DNA of 43,495 nucleotides from a virus (lineage: Duplodnaviria > Caudoviricetes). Made by a program: the position numbers and the translations under genes. The notes under the pieces were generated by a model. That model saw only the letters and a list, made by a program, of their open reading frames with translations. It had not been told where the DNA came from and ran no database searches. Below are positions 25,336 through 34,184 of the stretch, one piece after another (position 1 is the first letter of the stretch; the number at the start of each line of letters is the position of its first letter). Location of the stretch: the IMG/VR virus record IMGVR_UViG_3300011444_000006, positions 1 through 43,495 of that record; one strand, 5' to 3'.

Positions 25336-25958
25336 GCGAACATCCTTTGCTGCCGCTGCGCGTTCTCGATGCGCTCGCAGGAAATCTCGAAGTAGTGCGG
25401 CTCGCGCTCGATTCCAATAAATCGCTTACCGGCTTGCAATGCAGCCACGCCTGACGTGCCGCTGCCCATCGTTGGGTCAATCACGCTTTCCGCAGATGGC
25501 GCGAACCCGAGGCACCAAACCATGAGCGGAAGCGGCTTTTCGGACGGATGTACTTTCCCGAGAAATGAACGCGGATAGGTGAATGAGCGCGTCGGCTGAT
25601 CCAACGTCGACCACGCCAACTCAAACGCGCCGGACGAGAACTCGCGCGGCGTCTTATCCCATGAAAGCCAGCCGCGGCGACAAGGAAGCGCGTAGTATTG
25701 ACCGCCCCAAATGATTGCATCTCGCGCGCACGCCACCACGCGATCGATAAAATCTATTGGTGCGTCGTCCCATTCGCAGTTCGCGCCGCCGTTCGCTAAC
25801 TGCCAGTGCGATTTGGTGCCGGTCGCGCCGCCTTGCCACAACCCGGCATTGCCATACGGCGGATCTGTCAGGCACAGGTCGACCGCTTCGATGTTACCGA
25901 GAATGTCGCGCGCGTCCCCGCAGTACAGCGTTGCGTTGCCGATGATGACCGGGCTCAT
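25332..25958 (-). CDS. Orphan N6A/N4C DNA methyltransferase (beta class), 208 aa
   Basis: LYCGDA, DPPY, HPSEKP, IDPTMGSGTSG and FIGIERE. Confidence 0.93.
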   Translation of the reverse strand: MSPVIIGNATLYCGDARDILGNIEAVDLCLTDPPYGNAGLWQGGATGTKSHWQLANGGANCEWDDAPIDFIDRVVACARDAIIWGGQYYALPCRRGWLSWDKTPREFSSGAFELAWSTLDQPTRSFTYPRSFLGKVHPSEKPLPLMVWCLGFAPSAESVIDPTMGSGTSGVAALQAGKRFIGIEREPHYFEISCERIENAQRQQRMFA

Positions 25959-26359
25959 CGCCCCGCCACCGCAAACACCTGCACCGCCACACCAGGATCA
26001 GCCGGCGTGCCGGTGTGTGCGTAGAACTCAGCGGATTCACCGAGCGGTGCCGACTTGAAGCCGAATGCGCGCGGCAGCGGCCGCTTGCCGATGCGCGCAG
26101 GCCGCCTCGGCGGCAACCAGATGACCTTGGGTGGCCCGGATCGGCGAAAGCGCGCAGCGGTACGATCGCGTTCCGAGCATAGCGTGCCGGATTTTTCGAG
26201 CGACCAAACGATGCGCCGGATCGTCACGAGAGACAACGACATCCACGCAGCCATCTGTTCCTGAGTGCAGCGCGGATGCGCACGCACCAGCGCGAGAAAC
26301 TGCTTGCGCAGCGCGGGATCCAGCACAACCCAACCGCGTTGGTATGTTGGGGCGCTCAT
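25955..26359 (-). CDS. Winged-HTH DNA-binding protein, 134 aa
   Basis: LALVRAHPRCTQEQMAAWMSLSLVTIRRIVWSLEKSG. Confidence 0.65.
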   Translation of the reverse strand: MSAPTYQRGWVVLDPALRKQFLALVRAHPRCTQEQMAAWMSLSLVTIRRIVWSLEKSGTLCSERDRTAARFRRSGPPKVIWLPPRRPARIGKRPLPRAFGFKSAPLGESAEFYAHTGTPADPGVAVQVFAVAGR

Positions 26360-26541
26360 GCAGCCATCAGCCGTAGTTTCGCCGCGATCGCCAGCCGCTC
26401 GTCGTAGTCTGCTTTTGCGACCTCATCTATCGGGTCTCGCGTGTCCCACTCACCATTGGCGTAGGTGTGCGAACGTTTGAGATCCTCAGCATCCGACTCG
26501 AGGAGATCTGCGGCGCGCAGCATGGTTTGGTGTGGGGTCAT
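26356..26541 (-). CDS. Hypothetical protein, 61 aa
   Basis: ATGA overlaps on both sides. Confidence 0.65.
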   Translation of the reverse strand: MTPHQTMLRAADLLESDAEDLKRSHTYANGEWDTRDPIDEVAKADYDERLAIAAKLRLMAA

Positions 26542-26726
26542 GTCGTGGTCTGCTGCCTCTTTTCCTTGGACCGGTAGCGCTGGATGGCCTTGAATCGCTC
26601 GTCATCTAGCACGACCCGGCGGCCGGCAATCTCCGTAGTCCCGATCTCGCCGCGGTTGATCAACTCATACAGCCACTGGCGCGACATATTCAGCAGGACA
26701 GCGGCCTGTTTCGGGTTTAGGTACAT
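26538..26726 (-). CDS. Excisionase/HTH_17-type small HTH regulator in the Cro position, 62 aa
   Basis: YLNPKQAAVLLNMSRQWLYELINRGEI....IAGRRV. Confidence 0.8.
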   Translation of the reverse strand: MYLNPKQAAVLLNMSRQWLYELINRGEIGTTEIAGRRVVLDDERFKAIQRYRSKEKRQQTTT

Positions 26727-26732
26727 GACGCC

Positions 26733-26761
26733 CTTTTACGCCTGACTTTATCCGTTGTCAA
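26733..26761 (-). promoter_or_regulatory. Leftward sigma70 promoter, probably giving a leaderless mRNA
   Basis: TTGACA-17-TAAAAG. The ATG of the HTH gene follows 6 nt after the -10 with no SD. Confidence 0.7.
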
Positions 26762-26795
26762 GTTTCATCCGATTTGATGCGTGTGCAAATAACAC

Positions 26796-26825
26796 TTGAC
26801 ACACTGTAATGTTTAGGCGCAGTAT
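26796..26825 (+). promoter_or_regulatory. Rightward early sigma70 promoter
   Basis: TTGACA-18-CAGTAT, followed by hairpin CCTCGG-ATTT-CCGAGG and a GGGGAG SD. Confidence 0.6.
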
Positions 26826-26866
26826 GTCCCTATCGCCTCGGATTTCCGAGGAACGGGGAGCCAAGC

Positions 26867-27022
26867 ATGGAAACCAGCATCATGAAAGAAACGCTGTCCG
26901 ACGGCAGCGAAGTTTTTAACGTGGTCTTTGTGGACGGCTCGCAGCAAGTTGTTATCGGCACCCACTCCGATATCGTGCGCGAGCGCGCCCTGCAGCTCGC
27001 CGAGGAAGAGGGTTCCGATTGA
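26867..27022 (+). CDS. First early gene, 51 aa (METSIMKETLSDGSEVFNV...)
   Basis: GGGGAG SD. Below the ORF-track cutoff. Confidence 0.65.
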   Translation: METSIMKETLSDGSEVFNVVFVDGSQQVVIGTHSDIVRERALQLAEEEGSD

Positions 27023-27048
27023 AGCGACCGAAGGACAGGGGAGAACGA

Positions 27049-27417
27049 ATGAAACGCACATACGAATCCGAGAAAGAGGCGCTCGCGGTAGCAAAAGAAG
27101 CGATGTGGCTTGCATGGCAGGCCGCTGGTGGTACGTCAGGTATGGGCGCACTGCGAAACAATCCTACCGCCATGAAAGACGACGTTTGGGACAATGCGTA
27201 CAACGAAAAAGACTATTCCGGCGTCAGGAACGCACACGGCTTTGACGTGAGGGGAGATTACGTTTTCGGCAGGATGCTGAAACTCACCATACACCGGCCA
27301 ACAGCAACGACGATTGACGTGCCAGACCATCTTCCGCATCGGGAATATCAGGCATGGTGCGGGAAATATCCGACCTACGCAGCACTGTTCGATGCGGCGG
27401 AACAGGCGGCAATATGA
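27049..27417 (+). CDS. Hypothetical protein, 122 aa
   Basis: GGGGAG SD. Contains GMGAL, GDYVFGRMLKL and YQAW..KYPTY. Confidence 0.7.
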   Translation: MKRTYESEKEALAVAKEAMWLAWQAAGGTSGMGALRNNPTAMKDDVWDNAYNEKDYSGVRNAHGFDVRGDYVFGRMLKLTIHRPTATTIDVPDHLPHREYQAWCGKYPTYAALFDAAEQAAI

Positions 27418-27542
27418 CCGCGCGCTTACTGCTTCGACTGCTCACCATGCAATTGCCCGTTCCGCACCGCGTTCTGTGCGCAGTCGGCATCGTGTGCCTG
27501 ACGATCGCGCTGGCGGCGGCGTGGATGGAATTGCAGGCTTAA
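27414..27542 (+). CDS. Small membrane protein, 42 aa
   Basis: ATGA overlap and one hydrophobic segment. Confidence 0.45.
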   Translation: MTARLLLRLLTMQLPVPHRVLCAVGIVCLTIALAAAWMELQA

Positions 27543-27557
27543 CGGGGAGTAGCAGAA

Positions 27558-27794
27558 ATGATTGTGAATGGACAGGTAGTCCACGAGCACGTAATTCTCG
27601 GCTGCATTACCAGGATGAAACACGCACGGTTTAAAGCTGCGGACATTGAGCAAGCCGCAATACGCTCCGGCTGTTTTGAGGCAGATGCTCACCGCATTGC
27701 CGACCGGTTGATTCAGCGCGAGCGAAAGCTGGGAAATATTGTTTTCAGCGGTGGGGTGTGGAACCGCGCGGGAAAGATTTGGGTAATGCTATGA
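27558..27794 (+). CDS. Hypothetical protein, 78 aa
   Basis: GGGGAG SD. AHRIADRLIQRERKLGNI.F motif. Confidence 0.7.
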   Translation: MIVNGQVVHEHVILGCITRMKHARFKAADIEQAAIRSGCFEADAHRIADRLIQRERKLGNIVFSGGVWNRAGKIWVML

Positions 27795-27991
27795 CCGCCA
27801 ACCAGCCCGGCGCGGCTCTGCCCTGCCAGCATTGCCAATCGACTGCTGGCTACTACCGGCAGACAGGCGCGTGGTGGTGCTTCGACTGTGGGCACAAGAA
27901 AGGCCACCGCCGTGCAGTTACTGGCCCGCCTACGACTAGCCCGGAAATTCAGATCAGGCGCTTGGATGTTCGCTGCAAGCCGGAGGCGTGA
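27791..27991 (+). CDS. Zinc-ribbon protein, 66 aa
   Basis: CQHC...WWCFDCG and an ATGA overlap. Confidence 0.5.
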   Translation: MTANQPGAALPCQHCQSTAGYYRQTGAWWCFDCGHKKGHRRAVTGPPTTSPEIQIRRLDVRCKPEA

Positions 27992-28563
27992 TGCCCAGCG
28001 GAGTAAAAGGGTCGTCTCCTAAGTGCTCGGTTGATGGCTGTCTTTCTCTATCGCGTTGTAATGGATGGTGTGCTATGCACTACAAACGCTGGCTCAGCAC
28101 CGGAAATCCCAATCTCATTAAGGTTGAGCATAGTCTTGAGGCAATTAAGAAACGCTTTTGGGATAAAGTACAAAAAACAGAACAGTGCTGGATTTGGATT
28201 GGAGCGCTAGACGCCGGTGGATACGGAGCGGTGACAATTGATAATCGTAGATTAAGGGCACATCGCGTATCTTTTGAATGGGAACAAGGAACCATTCATG
28301 ATGGCTTAGTAGTGGATCATCTATGCAGAAATCGAGCATGCGTAAATCCAACACATATGGAAGTGGTAACACCTAAAATCAATACCGCTAGAGGGTATAG
28401 TCCTCCTGCAATAAATGCGTATAGGACAGAATGCGCCATAGGCCATCCGTTTGATTTGTTTAATACATACATTCGTACAAATGGCAAGCGCGAATGCAGA
28501 ACATGTAAAAAAGATAGAAAGCGAATTTGGGATAAGCAGCAGAAAAATGGGAAGGCAGCATGA
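27988..28563 (+). CDS. HNH homing endonuclease, about 190 aa
   Basis: CSVDGC...C.MHY, CWIWIGA..GYG, AHRVSF, DHLCRNRACVNPTHME and C-terminal C..GH...RECRTC. AT-richer than flanks. Confidence 0.92.
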   Translation: MMPSGVKGSSPKCSVDGCLSLSRCNGWCAMHYKRWLSTGNPNLIKVEHSLEAIKKRFWDKVQKTEQCWIWIGALDAGGYGAVTIDNRRLRAHRVSFEWEQGTIHDGLVVDHLCRNRACVNPTHMEVVTPKINTARGYSPPAINAYRTECAIGHPFDLFNTYIRTNGKRECRTCKKDRKRIWDKQQKNGKAA

Positions 28564-28694
28564 AAGATTACATACTTTCTTCAGACAGGCTTGAGGCAGA
28601 ACACAGAAGTCGCAACAGGCTCGGAGCGTTCATCTGCCTGATCATTTTCTGTGCGGGCGTTGCAACTGGATATTTTCTTGGAGCGACGGCATGA
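28560..28694 (+). CDS. Small membrane protein, 44 aa
   Basis: ATGA overlaps on both sides. Hydrophobic LGAFICLIIFCAGVATGYFLG. Confidence 0.55.
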   Translation: MKDYILSSDRLEAEHRSRNRLGAFICLIIFCAGVATGYFLGATA

Positions 28695-28942
28695 CCGACG
28701 CGCAGATTTACCTGGAGGCGGCGAAATTGGTATGGGCGGAAGAAACAGAATTCGCCTGCGTTGCGATTGATTTTGCTAGTGGCTATTCATTTAGCGAACG
28801 GCGCAGGTGTTTCGATGCTGCGTTTAGTCCTGACGTTTTCGGGCGCTCTGATTGGGGCGCGCAATGGGGCAAGAACCAACTCGAATGCCGCGTCCTCGCC
28901 CTGCTCTTTGCGTCTGCAATGGCTAAAACAGGAGATATTTAG
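28691..28942 (+). CDS. Hypothetical protein, 83 aa
   Basis: Coupled start. C-terminal RVLALLFASAMA motif. Confidence 0.7.
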   Translation: MTDAQIYLEAAKLVWAEETEFACVAIDFASGYSFSERRRCFDAAFSPDVFGRSDWGAQWGKNQLECRVLALLFASAMAKTGDI

Positions 28943-28944
28943 CA

Positions 28945-29199
28945 ATGAACACGAACACGAAACCGCGCCTGATCGTCACCGAACGGGCGGGCCTTGCGAC
29001 TACCACGATGGAATCCCGCCGTGGAATGTCGAGCGCTCAATTGATCGAACTGATGGGCAACCTGCACGTCAGCCACAAGGATTACAAGCCCCGCCCGCGC
29101 TCGCTCCTGCCGACGCCGAACTTGGCCGGGAAGCAGCCGGTAGTTGAAGGCTATCGCTGCGGAATACTCGATGAGCTTAGGAGGGCGCTGTGGCTGTGA
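28945..29199 (+). CDS. Hypothetical protein, 84 aa
   Basis: AGGAG SD and tight packing. Confidence 0.55.
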   Translation: MNTNTKPRLIVTERAGLATTTMESRRGMSSAQLIELMGNLHVSHKDYKPRPRSLLPTPNLAGKQPVVEGYRCGILDELRRALWL

Positions 29200-29426
29200 G
29201 CAAGAAACTGACGCCGTGGTTCGATGCCAGCGTTAAACCTGTGCATGTTGGCGCATATCGGGTAACGCACAATACATGGAGCGCACTTGAAGCATGGGCA
29301 TGTTGGAACGGAACACAATGGTCAGACTCTTCCATTCTTGACGTTTGCCCTGGAGATTTTAATTTTTCCGCTTCCCCAGGAATATATCAAGACAAAATCT
29401 GGCGCGGCCTAGAGAGGAAGCCATGA
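29196..29426 (+). CDS. Trp-rich hypothetical protein, 76 aa
   Basis: LTPWF...KPVHVGAY...WNG..W...WRGL, a recurrent proteobacterial phage family. Confidence 0.7.
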   Translation: MSKKLTPWFDASVKPVHVGAYRVTHNTWSALEAWACWNGTQWSDSSILDVCPGDFNFSASPGIYQDKIWRGLERKP

Positions 29427-29677
29427 CCGCCCACGCCGAGCCAAGCATCGTTGGCGAACAGCGACTACATGCCGAGGCCGAGATAAGCCGGATGCTGGAA
29501 GCCTACATTCTGAACGAGGGCGGGAAGTTCCTCTTCAGTGGCGTCGTAAACCTGCTAACCACGATTGCGGCAATTTGCGAGGAACAGTCGCGGGTTGAGG
29601 GCGATGATTGGGAAATTGCCGCTCAAGCCATTGACGAGTGCGCGGAGCAGTGCGACTTGAAATACGAAGCAACATGA
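29423..29677 (+). CDS. Hypothetical protein, 84 aa
   Basis: GAGGA SD and an ATGA overlap. Confidence 0.6.
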   Translation: MTAHAEPSIVGEQRLHAEAEISRMLEAYILNEGGKFLFSGVVNLLTTIAAICEEQSRVEGDDWEIAAQAIDECAEQCDLKYEAT

Positions 29678-29877
29678 CCGCCACCGAATCCGAAGCCGGG
29701 CAGGCTCCACGTGCCGATAGCGGATCGCCCAAGCAACATGGGCCGCTCGAATCCGTGCCTAGTCCAGCTTCGGCCCCATTCGCCCAACGCGTGATCCAAG
29801 CGACCGCGCTGGAGTGGCAATGCCCGGCCGCTTGGCTGTTTGAGGATTTACCGACGGAGAAACGTGATGATGAATGA
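29674..29877 (+). CDS. Hypothetical protein, 67 aa
   Basis: ATGA overlap and fills the gap. Confidence 0.4.
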   Translation: MTATESEAGQAPRADSGSPKQHGPLESVPSPASAPFAQRVIQATALEWQCPAAWLFEDLPTEKRDDE

Positions 29878-30136
29878 TTTGAAAGAGGCTGTTCTCGCCG
29901 CGCAAAACGTGTCTCTGGCCGGAATGAAGGCGGGGAAGGAAGTCGGATTCCGCGAGGGGATGCTGCGCGCCATTGCGATGTGCGAGGCGAAGGCGAAGCT
30001 GCACGCGCAATACCTGCCGCCAGGATTCCAGCACAAAGACGGCGACCACGATCAGGCGGCGACGTGCGGGCGCAGGGATGAATGTGCGAATCTCGCCTAC
30101 GAACTGCGGGCGGAATTGGCGAAGGTGAGGACGTGA
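29867..30136 (+). CDS. Hypothetical protein, 89 aa
   Basis: GGAG SD and GTGA overlap with the exonuclease. Confidence 0.6.
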   Translation: MMNDLKEAVLAAQNVSLAGMKAGKEVGFREGMLRAIAMCEAKAKLHAQYLPPGFQHKDGDHDQAATCGRRDECANLAYELRAELAKVRT

Positions 30137-30819
30137 TTACCTATTACAAAGACATGATCCAAGGTACTGAAGAATGGTTCGCGGCCCGTTGCGGCCTTTT
30201 GACTGCCAGCGAAATGCACCTGATAGTTACGCCGACTCTCAAGGCTGCGGCCAACGAAAAAGAGCGTGCGCACCTATACGAATTGCTCGCTCAACGAATC
30301 ACGCAGTACGTGGAGCCGAGCTATGTCAGCGATGCCATGCTGCGCGGCCTTGATGACGAAATAGATGCGGCAGAACTGTATGCTAAATCATACGCTCCAA
30401 TCGAGCGCGTCGGCTTTATCGCCAATGACAAGTTCGGATTTACGATTGGGTACTCGCCTGATTGCCTTGTTGGAACTGATGGTCAAGTTGAATGCAAATC
30501 GCGCAATCAGAAATACCAGATTCGCACCTTGGTAGATTACGTATCGGTCGGCGGCATTGATCCTGATTTCGTGATCCAAGTGCAAACCGGGTTGATGGTG
30601 AGCGAGCGCAAATGGTGCGACCTCGTTTCCTATTGCGGCGGCTTGTCTATGGCGACCGTGCGAGTGCTGCCGGATGCCAAGATTCAAGCGGCGATACTCG
30701 ACGCGGCGACCGCATTCGAGACGCGGATGAAAGTGGCAAAGGAAAAATTCGATGCTGTCATGGCATCCAAGGCGTTGCTTATTCCGACCGTGCGCAAAAT
30801 TCGTGAGGAGATGGTATGA
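30133..30819 (+). CDS. YqaJ/lambda-exonuclease family alkaline exonuclease, 228 aa
   Basis: QGTEEWFAARCG.LTASE, AMLRG...E, GYSPD, VECKS, QVQTGL.V and WCDLVSY. Confidence 0.92.
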   Translation: MITYYKDMIQGTEEWFAARCGLLTASEMHLIVTPTLKAAANEKERAHLYELLAQRITQYVEPSYVSDAMLRGLDDEIDAAELYAKSYAPIERVGFIANDKFGFTIGYSPDCLVGTDGQVECKSRNQKYQIRTLVDYVSVGGIDPDFVIQVQTGLMVSERKWCDLVSYCGGLSMATVRVLPDAKIQAAILDAATAFETRMKVAKEKFDAVMASKALLIPTVRKIREEMV

Positions 30820-31445
30820 ACGATATGAAGCAAACGATTATCCCGAAATCCGACCAACTCAATGCGGATGATCTGATTTCCGGCCCGATGACGATCAAGA
30901 TTACCAGCGTTGAAATTCGCGGCGGGCAGGAGCAGCCCGTTGCAATCTCGTTCGAAGGCGACAACGGCAAGCCGTACAAAGCCTGCAAATCCATGTGCCG
31001 CGTGATGGTGACGGCATGGGGTCCGGACTCCAAGAAATACGTCGGGCGCTCGATGACGCTGTACCGTGACCCAGCCGTGAAATGGGGCGGTATGGAAGTC
31101 GGCGGCATTCGCATCAGCCACATGAGCGACATTGGCGAATCAATGACGATGGCGCTCACAGTTACCAGGGCGAACAGAAGACCATTTACCGTGAAGCCGA
31201 TAGCATCTGGCGCCCCGAAGTCCAGTCCGTCGCCCGCCCCGGCATCCTCCGCTCCTCCCTCGGAGCCCGGAGCGGGTGACGACGCTGGACCAGACGATGC
31301 GGGCATCGTGCGCGACGTGGACAAATTCATCGGCCTGCGCAAGTTCAAGGCGGCCGGGGACTGCGCCAGCATGATTCTGGATGGCGAACTGCGGGAATCG
31401 ACCGTGGCGCGGATTCAGGCGGCGTATGAAAAGGCGGCGGCATGA
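30816..31445 (+). CDS. Putative ssDNA-binding/annealing partner of the exonuclease, 209 aa
   Basis: Coupled to the exonuclease. PKSDQLNADDL, KP(Y)KACKSM.RV, YVGRSMTLYRDP.V.WGG..VGGIRISHMS, then a Pro-rich linker. Confidence 0.55.
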   Translation: MNDMKQTIIPKSDQLNADDLISGPMTIKITSVEIRGGQEQPVAISFEGDNGKPYKACKSMCRVMVTAWGPDSKKYVGRSMTLYRDPAVKWGGMEVGGIRISHMSDIGESMTMALTVTRANRRPFTVKPIASGAPKSSPSPAPASSAPPSEPGAGDDAGPDDAGIVRDVDKFIGLRKFKAAGDCASMILDGELRESTVARIQAAYEKAAA

Positions 31446-31588
31446 TCGGACGCCTGATCTGCTGGCTCGCGCGCGGACACAAGTGGCGCAAAGCCTACGG
31501 CGTTGACGACACCAGCGACCGCGTGAAAGAGTGCCGGCGCTGCGGCATCGTGCGAGCGGTCAAGCCGCGCAAGCCCAAGGCGCCATGA
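31442..31588 (+). CDS. Small Zn-binding protein (DUF1660-like), 48 aa
   Basis: MIGRLICWLARGHKW...CRRCG, with ATGA overlaps. Confidence 0.6.
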   Translation: MIGRLICWLARGHKWRKAYGVDDTSDRVKECRRCGIVRAVKPRKPKAP

Positions 31589-31986
31589 TGGAAACGAAAA
31601 TAGCAAAAGGCTTGCTCACAGTTAATGTCTCTGACCTGATCGACTGCTTGGATGATGAAGGTCGCAAGGACATTATCGAAACCCTTGCCTGCCACGATTC
31701 CATAATTGCGCTGGTAGCAGAGCAGATCGTAGATGGCTGGACCGAGGCCGGTTATCACGGAGGCATCACCTACGGCCCAATGCCACATACGCCGCTCGAT
31801 AAGGCGAAACGGTATCTCGCCAAGAGCGCCTCAGACGTTGCCAAAAAACAAATTGAGCGGCTGGAAACGATCGCCGTTGACGCTTGCAAGAAGGCGGACG
31901 AAGAACAAACAAAGCGGTTAGATTCCGAACGGCGCGTATACGATTTGCAAGGTGAGTTGCGCCAGTACGTACACTATCCGGCATGA
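31585..31986 (+). CDS. Hypothetical protein, 133 aa
   Basis: ATGA overlap and a C-terminal coiled coil. Confidence 0.65.
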   Translation: MMETKIAKGLLTVNVSDLIDCLDDEGRKDIIETLACHDSIIALVAEQIVDGWTEAGYHGGITYGPMPHTPLDKAKRYLAKSASDVAKKQIERLETIAVDACKKADEEQTKRLDSERRVYDLQGELRQYVHYPA

Positions 31987-32086
31987 ACCCGAGTTCCAGC
32001 GCAGCGCTGAAATCGCCGGACCCGCGCGATGTCCTCCCCTTCGCCTGCCGGTATAAGCGTTGCGCTGGGACACTACGGAGGATGAC

Positions 32087-32674
32087 ATGACCACCGAGCG
32101 CGACGAACTGTTGATACTTGCTCAACTACGAGGAATTGCGGAGCACTTGAAAAAGGCATATCCACTGCTGCAAGCCGATGCGGACCTAATAGATAATGCC
32201 GCCGCTTTGATCCGCGAGCAGGCCGCTGAACTCGACAAAGAGAGCGAGGCCCATGCACAGCTACAGGCACGATGTTACGACCAAGGAGGAACATTCTCCA
32301 ACGTGTTCGATGAATTGAAATCCGAGCGCAAGCGCGCAGAAGCCGCCCAGGCCCGCATAGCCGAGCTTGAACGCAGCCTTGTCGAGCAGGTTGATGGATT
32401 CCAGCGTGCCAAAACTCTGAGCATCGAGGTTGTCAGCCAACTAGCAAAAGATATAGATGCAGCGAACAACCGCTGCTCCAGCATCGAGCAGGCCACTATC
32501 GAACGCTGCGCGAAGGATATTTGTCCGCACTGCGCTACAGGACGAATTCCTTTGGAATATCAAGCCGACCCCGAACCTTGCTACTGGCACGGAAACACAC
32601 ACTGCCACGCTAGTAAAATTAGACTCCGCGCCCTCGCGCATCCCTCGCAAGGAAATGACAATGAGAAAGCCTAA
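32087..32674 (+). CDS. Coiled-coil hypothetical protein, 195 aa
   Basis: GGAGG SD. RAEAAQARIAELE coil and ERCA..ICPHC motif. Confidence 0.65.
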   Translation: MTTERDELLILAQLRGIAEHLKKAYPLLQADADLIDNAAALIREQAAELDKESEAHAQLQARCYDQGGTFSNVFDELKSERKRAEAAQARIAELERSLVEQVDGFQRAKTLSIEVVSQLAKDIDAANNRCSSIEQATIERCAKDICPHCATGRIPLEYQADPEPCYWHGNTHCHASKIRLRALAHPSQGNDNEKA

Positions 32675-33134
32675 TTTCGTAGAGGATCATATTGAGCGCA
32701 TTCCGTTCTCTGGCTGCTGGATTTGGATGGGGGCGCTTACTCAAGGAGGATACGGAAGTATCTCCATAGGTGGTAATTCCAAAAAAACGCACATCGTTCT
32801 TTACAGTAGAACGAAGGGAGAAATAGATGCGCATTTGCAACTAGACCATCTGTGTCGAGTTCGGTGCTGTGTGAATCCAGATCACTTGGAACCTGTTACA
32901 CAAAAAGTCAATATTCTTAGGGGAGAATCACCTACTGCAATTAACAAGAAAAAAACGCATTGCATTCGCGGGCATGAATTGTCAGAGGCCAACGTTCATA
33001 TCACCAAAAAAAGGGGATCGCGCGATTGCAGACAATGCAGGAATTTGCGCCAAGCGAAATATGACAAGATACGCAGTAACAAGAGCCATCGTAAGGCCAA
33101 TCCAGCCATGCTCACCGCAGAGGGAAAATTATGA
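32661..33134 (+). CDS. HNH homing endonuclease, 157 aa
   Basis: ERIPFSGCWIWMGA..GYG, DHLCRVRCCVNPDHLEPVT..VNILRG and KTHCIRGH...RDCRQC. Confidence 0.92.
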   Translation: MRKPNFVEDHIERIPFSGCWIWMGALTQGGYGSISIGGNSKKTHIVLYSRTKGEIDAHLQLDHLCRVRCCVNPDHLEPVTQKVNILRGESPTAINKKKTHCIRGHELSEANVHITKKRGSRDCRQCRNLRQAKYDKIRSNKSHRKANPAMLTAEGKL

Positions 33135-33565
33135 AATGCCCAAATTGCGGATATGCCGCGCAGCCAGCGCAAGGCAAGAACCCGCCGTTTGAAAACTGCG
33201 CCTACAGGCAATGTGATCTACCTGGGCAATGTGTGGCTGAGGGAAAATGTCACCATCCAAAGCAGCCAGCGCAAGGCGCAACAGAATCAGCGCTTAAACT
33301 TGATGCGAAGCTAAACGCTGCGTTTGAGGCTGCATTATCGCGCTCACCTGATATTGAACTTGCTGCGGCCCCCGCATCCGATGCCGAGCGGCAGGAGGCT
33401 GGCATGGTGCTGGTGCCGATAGAGCCGACGGAACAAATGTATCACGCTTGGAAAGGAGATACATCAAATAACAAGTCATATACTTGGGCGCAGTCTTACC
33501 GTGCCATGATAAAAGCCGCCCTCGCCCAAGCCGGCGAGCAGGACGCTCCGGGGAGGGACAAATGA
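33131..33565 (+). CDS. Modular hypothetical protein, 144 aa
   Basis: CPNC start and the LVPIEPTEQM...YRAMIKAA module typical of phage early genes. Confidence 0.65.
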   Translation: MKCPNCGYAAQPAQGKNPPFENCAYRQCDLPGQCVAEGKCHHPKQPAQGATESALKLDAKLNAAFEAALSRSPDIELAAAPASDAERQEAGMVLVPIEPTEQMYHAWKGDTSNNKSYTWAQSYRAMIKAALAQAGEQDAPGRDK

Positions 33566-33900
33566 GTTACGGATTCGGACGAATCAACGATCTTGCAGAA
33601 CGCATCACAGCTAACGCAAAAGCCAAGGGGTTCCACGAATACACTCCTACCTTCGGCAAAGGCGGGCAAGATGTCCGGCATATCCTATCGTGGCTCATGC
33701 TCATCACGACTGAAGTTGCCGAGGCAGCAGAGGCCGCACGCAAGGGCGACAAGGAAAACTTCGCGGAAGAACTGGCCGATATCTGCATCCGGGTATTTGA
33801 CTGTGCAGAGGTAATGGGCATCAATATTGAGCAGGAGATAGTCAACAAAATGTCGAGGAATGAGGAACGCGAATACAAGCATGGAGGCAAGCTGGCATGA
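33562..33900 (+). CDS. MazG-like NTP pyrophosphohydrolase, 112 aa
   Basis: AKAKGF, LMLITTEVAEAAEA.RK, EELADICIRVFD and KMSRNEER.YKHGGK. Confidence 0.85.
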   Translation: MSYGFGRINDLAERITANAKAKGFHEYTPTFGKGGQDVRHILSWLMLITTEVAEAAEAARKGDKENFAEELADICIRVFDCAEVMGINIEQEIVNKMSRNEEREYKHGGKLA

Positions 33901-34184
33901 CCACCCAAGGCCGCAGCGCCGCCGAAGTCGCGGACACCTTCCTTGCAGCCGAGCTTTGCGCCGACTTGCTATTCCTGCTCGCGGTCGGCTCGACGGCGTT
34001 TCAGATTACGACGTGGGCGTTGAGAGAAGAATCGAGCATCCCGCCTGTTATGGCAGCAGATGGGGTTGTCATGAAAGACGGGAAGATGTGCAAGTTTTTT
34101 GATGGCGTAGAGTTCTGCGCCGTTTCCTGTTTGGATGTTCGGATCATGCCGGACGGAACAAAGAAAATAAAGGAATGTAAATGA
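33897..34184 (+). CDS. Hypothetical protein, 95 aa
   Basis: GGAGG SD and an ATGA overlap. Confidence 0.5.
   Translation: MTTQGRSAAEVADTFLAAELCADLLFLLAVGSTAFQITTWALREESSIPPVMAADGVVMKDGKMCKFFDGVEFCAVSCLDVRIMPDGTKKIKECK

Noticed and set aside
25332-25958. Restriction-modification system
   Set aside because: No adjacent restriction endonuclease. Orphan MTases are routine in phage replication arms.
26538-26726. Excisionase implying an integration module
   Set aside because: No integrase or att-adjacent layout. The position and promoter fit a Cro-like regulator.
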